A stretch of 64,000 nucleotides of DNA from positions 53,176 through 117,175 of the forward strand of contig CAVQEW010000001.1 in the NCBI GenBank assembly GCA_963711655.1. Direction: 5' to 3'. The notes under the pieces were generated by a model. That model made no database searches, had not been told where the DNA came from, and saw only the letters and a program-made list of their open reading frames with translations. How positions within the stretch are numbered: the first letter of the stretch is position 1; each line of letters begins with the position of its first letter. Below, piece by piece: positions 62,447-64,000 of this stretch. This DNA comes from an uncultured Actinomycetota bacterium. Lineage in GTDB: Bacteria; Actinomycetota; UBA4738; HRBIN12. Made by a program: the position numbers and the translations under genes.

Positions 62447-63282
62447 AACACCGGCTTGCCGTCGTTTCCCATGCGCATCTCGTCGGCATTCTCCTCGCCG
62501 CTGAGCACCGCGGCGGCAAAGCCTGCTCCCGATCTCGATTGCCTTGACCGCATTGATGCCCATGAGCGCGGCAGCGAGATCGCCATCGAGCTTGCCATAA
62601 ATCGGCGCGCCGAGGCCGGCGGGGACGCCTTCCGCCACCACCTCGATGACGGCACCAATCGAGGAGCCGCGCTTGCGGACATCATCGAGGTAGCTCTCGA
62701 GCAGCTTGGGGCATCTCGACGTCCGGACAGAAGAACGGATTGCGGTCGATTTCGTCCCAGACTCCATCGGGGCGCGGTCTATCTTGTGCTCGCCCATTTG
62801 AATCAGGGCGCCGGCACCGCGAGTCGGGGAACGATCTTGCGCGCAATGGCGCCGGCAGCGACCCGCATGGCGGTCTCGCGCGCGGACTGGGCGTCCGCCG
62901 CCGCGGTAGTCGCGGATGCCGTATTTGATGTCATAGGTGTAGTCGGCGTGGCCCTGGCCGGTACTTGTCCTTGGTATCGGAATAATCCTTGGAGCGCTGA
63001 TCGACATTGTCGATCACGAGCGCAATCGGCGTTCCAGTCGTCACCTGCGCGCCGGTCGCCGGCTCGCTGAATACACCAGAGAGGATCTTCACCGCGTCCG
63101 GCTCGCGCCGCTGGGTGGTGAGCGCGACTGCCCCGGGCGCCGTTTGTCGAGGTAAGGCTGGATGTCGGTCTCCGAAAGCACGATGCCGGGCGGGCAACCA
63201 TCGACGACGCAACCAATCGCCGGCCCATGGCTCTCGCCGAAGGTCGTGACCCGAAAAGCTGCCCGAAGGTGTTGAACGACAT
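62446..63282 (-). pseudogene. aroC: Chorismate synthase, N-terminal two thirds only, multiple frame breaks, lower GC
   Basis: [10 protein letters not shown] (ATG 63282), [17 protein letters not shown]...[29 protein letters not shown] (ORF 62931..63212), [114 protein letters not shown] (ORF 62443..62685). The expected continuation LSNHAGG... is absent. Confidence 0.75.
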
Positions 63283-63395
63283 GGTATTCACCGGCGGGCT
63301 GTGGTAGCCCGCGTGCCGGCCGGGGTCAAATTCAACTCACCTTCGTCTTGCGCTACCGTCGAACTGCGGCCGGAAAACCGGTCACGCGTGGCGGG

Positions 63396-63985
63396 TCAGC
63401 CGCTTCTCGAAACATAGACGACCCCGTGCTCGATGGAATAGTGCGTAGCATCGTCCGGCGATGTGATCGCCAGATGCGCGATGAGGCGCGCGCGGTGCCG
63501 CCATGAGCGGCAACCACGGTTTCGTTGTCGGACGGTCTCGGTACCAGGCTTTCATGCGCAACGTCAGCTGGGCATAGCTTTCGCCCCCGGAGGCAGAAAA
63601 CCCAATTTGTTGGCTTCACGCGCTGGTGACAACGTCCTTGTCTCGCGCCAAACCTCGCTCATAGGTCAGACCTTCCCATTCTCCGAAGGCGATTCGGCAA
63701 GCCGGTCCTCGATGCTGTAAGCCGGTGGCCTGCAGGCCGAGCGTGACGCGCAACGATTTCCATGGTCTGCCGGGCGCGGCAAAGCGGGCTCGACACGTAG
63801 TCTAACTGCTCGGGTAAACGGTGCTCGCGCGCGAACAATGCCTGCAGGATTTCGCCGCAGCGTACCGCCTGCGCGAGACCCTCGCTCGTTCAGCGGCACA
63901 TCCTGACGTCCCTGCAATCGTTGTTGCACGTTCCAATCGGTGAGGCCATGGCGGACGTAGTAGAGGGCGCGTGCCGAAGGCTCAT
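63396..63985 (-). pseudogene. Histidine phosphatase (phosphoglycerate mutase-like) family protein, several frame breaks
   Basis: The minus strand reads ALYYVRHGLTDWNVQQRLQGRQDVPLNERG (63880-63970), SSPLCRARQTMEI, PPGGESY, VVAAHGGTARA and the C-terminus LIAHLAITSPDDATHYSIEHGVVYVSRSG, with the stop at 63396-63398. The pieces lie in different frames. Confidence 0.55.
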
Positions 63986-64000
63986 TGTCGTCGATTTCCT

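Overview
High-GC (about 68-70% by eye) chromosomal sequence. From 1 to about 57.3 kb it reads as an actinobacterial housekeeping region: adnA-adnB, selA-selB, a WhiB-family regulator, a class A PBP with PASTA domains, a RipA-like NlpC/P60 hydrolase, rpsD, asd-ask, recR-dnaX-ffs, and tRNA-Pro(CGG). The right end does not fit this. Positions 57.3-62.45 kb carry diderm-type genes: a TonB-dependent receptor with a CarboxypepD_reg N-terminus, a six-S1-domain RpsA, and a PlsC fragment. Positions 62.45-64 kb carry lower-GC, alphaproteobacterial-looking aroC and histidine-phosphatase remnants, with aroC fused mid-gene to plsC. I suspect chimeric joins. The window contains roughly 50-60 single-base frame breaks by hand count. 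Most behave like 1-nt insertions, and they are very unevenly distributed: none in nuoD-selA-selB, the PBP, rpsA, or the FAR-HAD and LarA-like genes, but many in the MerB-like gene, the Grx-TrxR fusion, the TonB receptor and aroC. All 'pseudogene' calls could therefore be sequencing or consensus artefacts. The most interesting signal is a MerB-like (organomercurial-lyase fold) gene just downstream of rpsD. It has an in-frame TGA exactly at the catalytic Cys159-equivalent position, followed 10 nt later by a perfect 9-bp hairpin with a GGUC loop (SECIS-like). Intact selA-selB lie 12 kb away, so this is a candidate selenocysteine MerB homolog. Other leads are a TetR-controlled lipid operon (FAR-HAD fusion, Zn-ADH, LarA-like protein, PlsC) with a palindromic operator; a lower-GC island with two paralogous orphan HisKA_3 kinases and a 27-aa membrane peptide ORF; and a 60-nt structured element next to ffs. 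I found no CRISPR array, IS element, integrase or prophage. Frame-break coordinates are hand estimates, accurate to about +/-15 nt.
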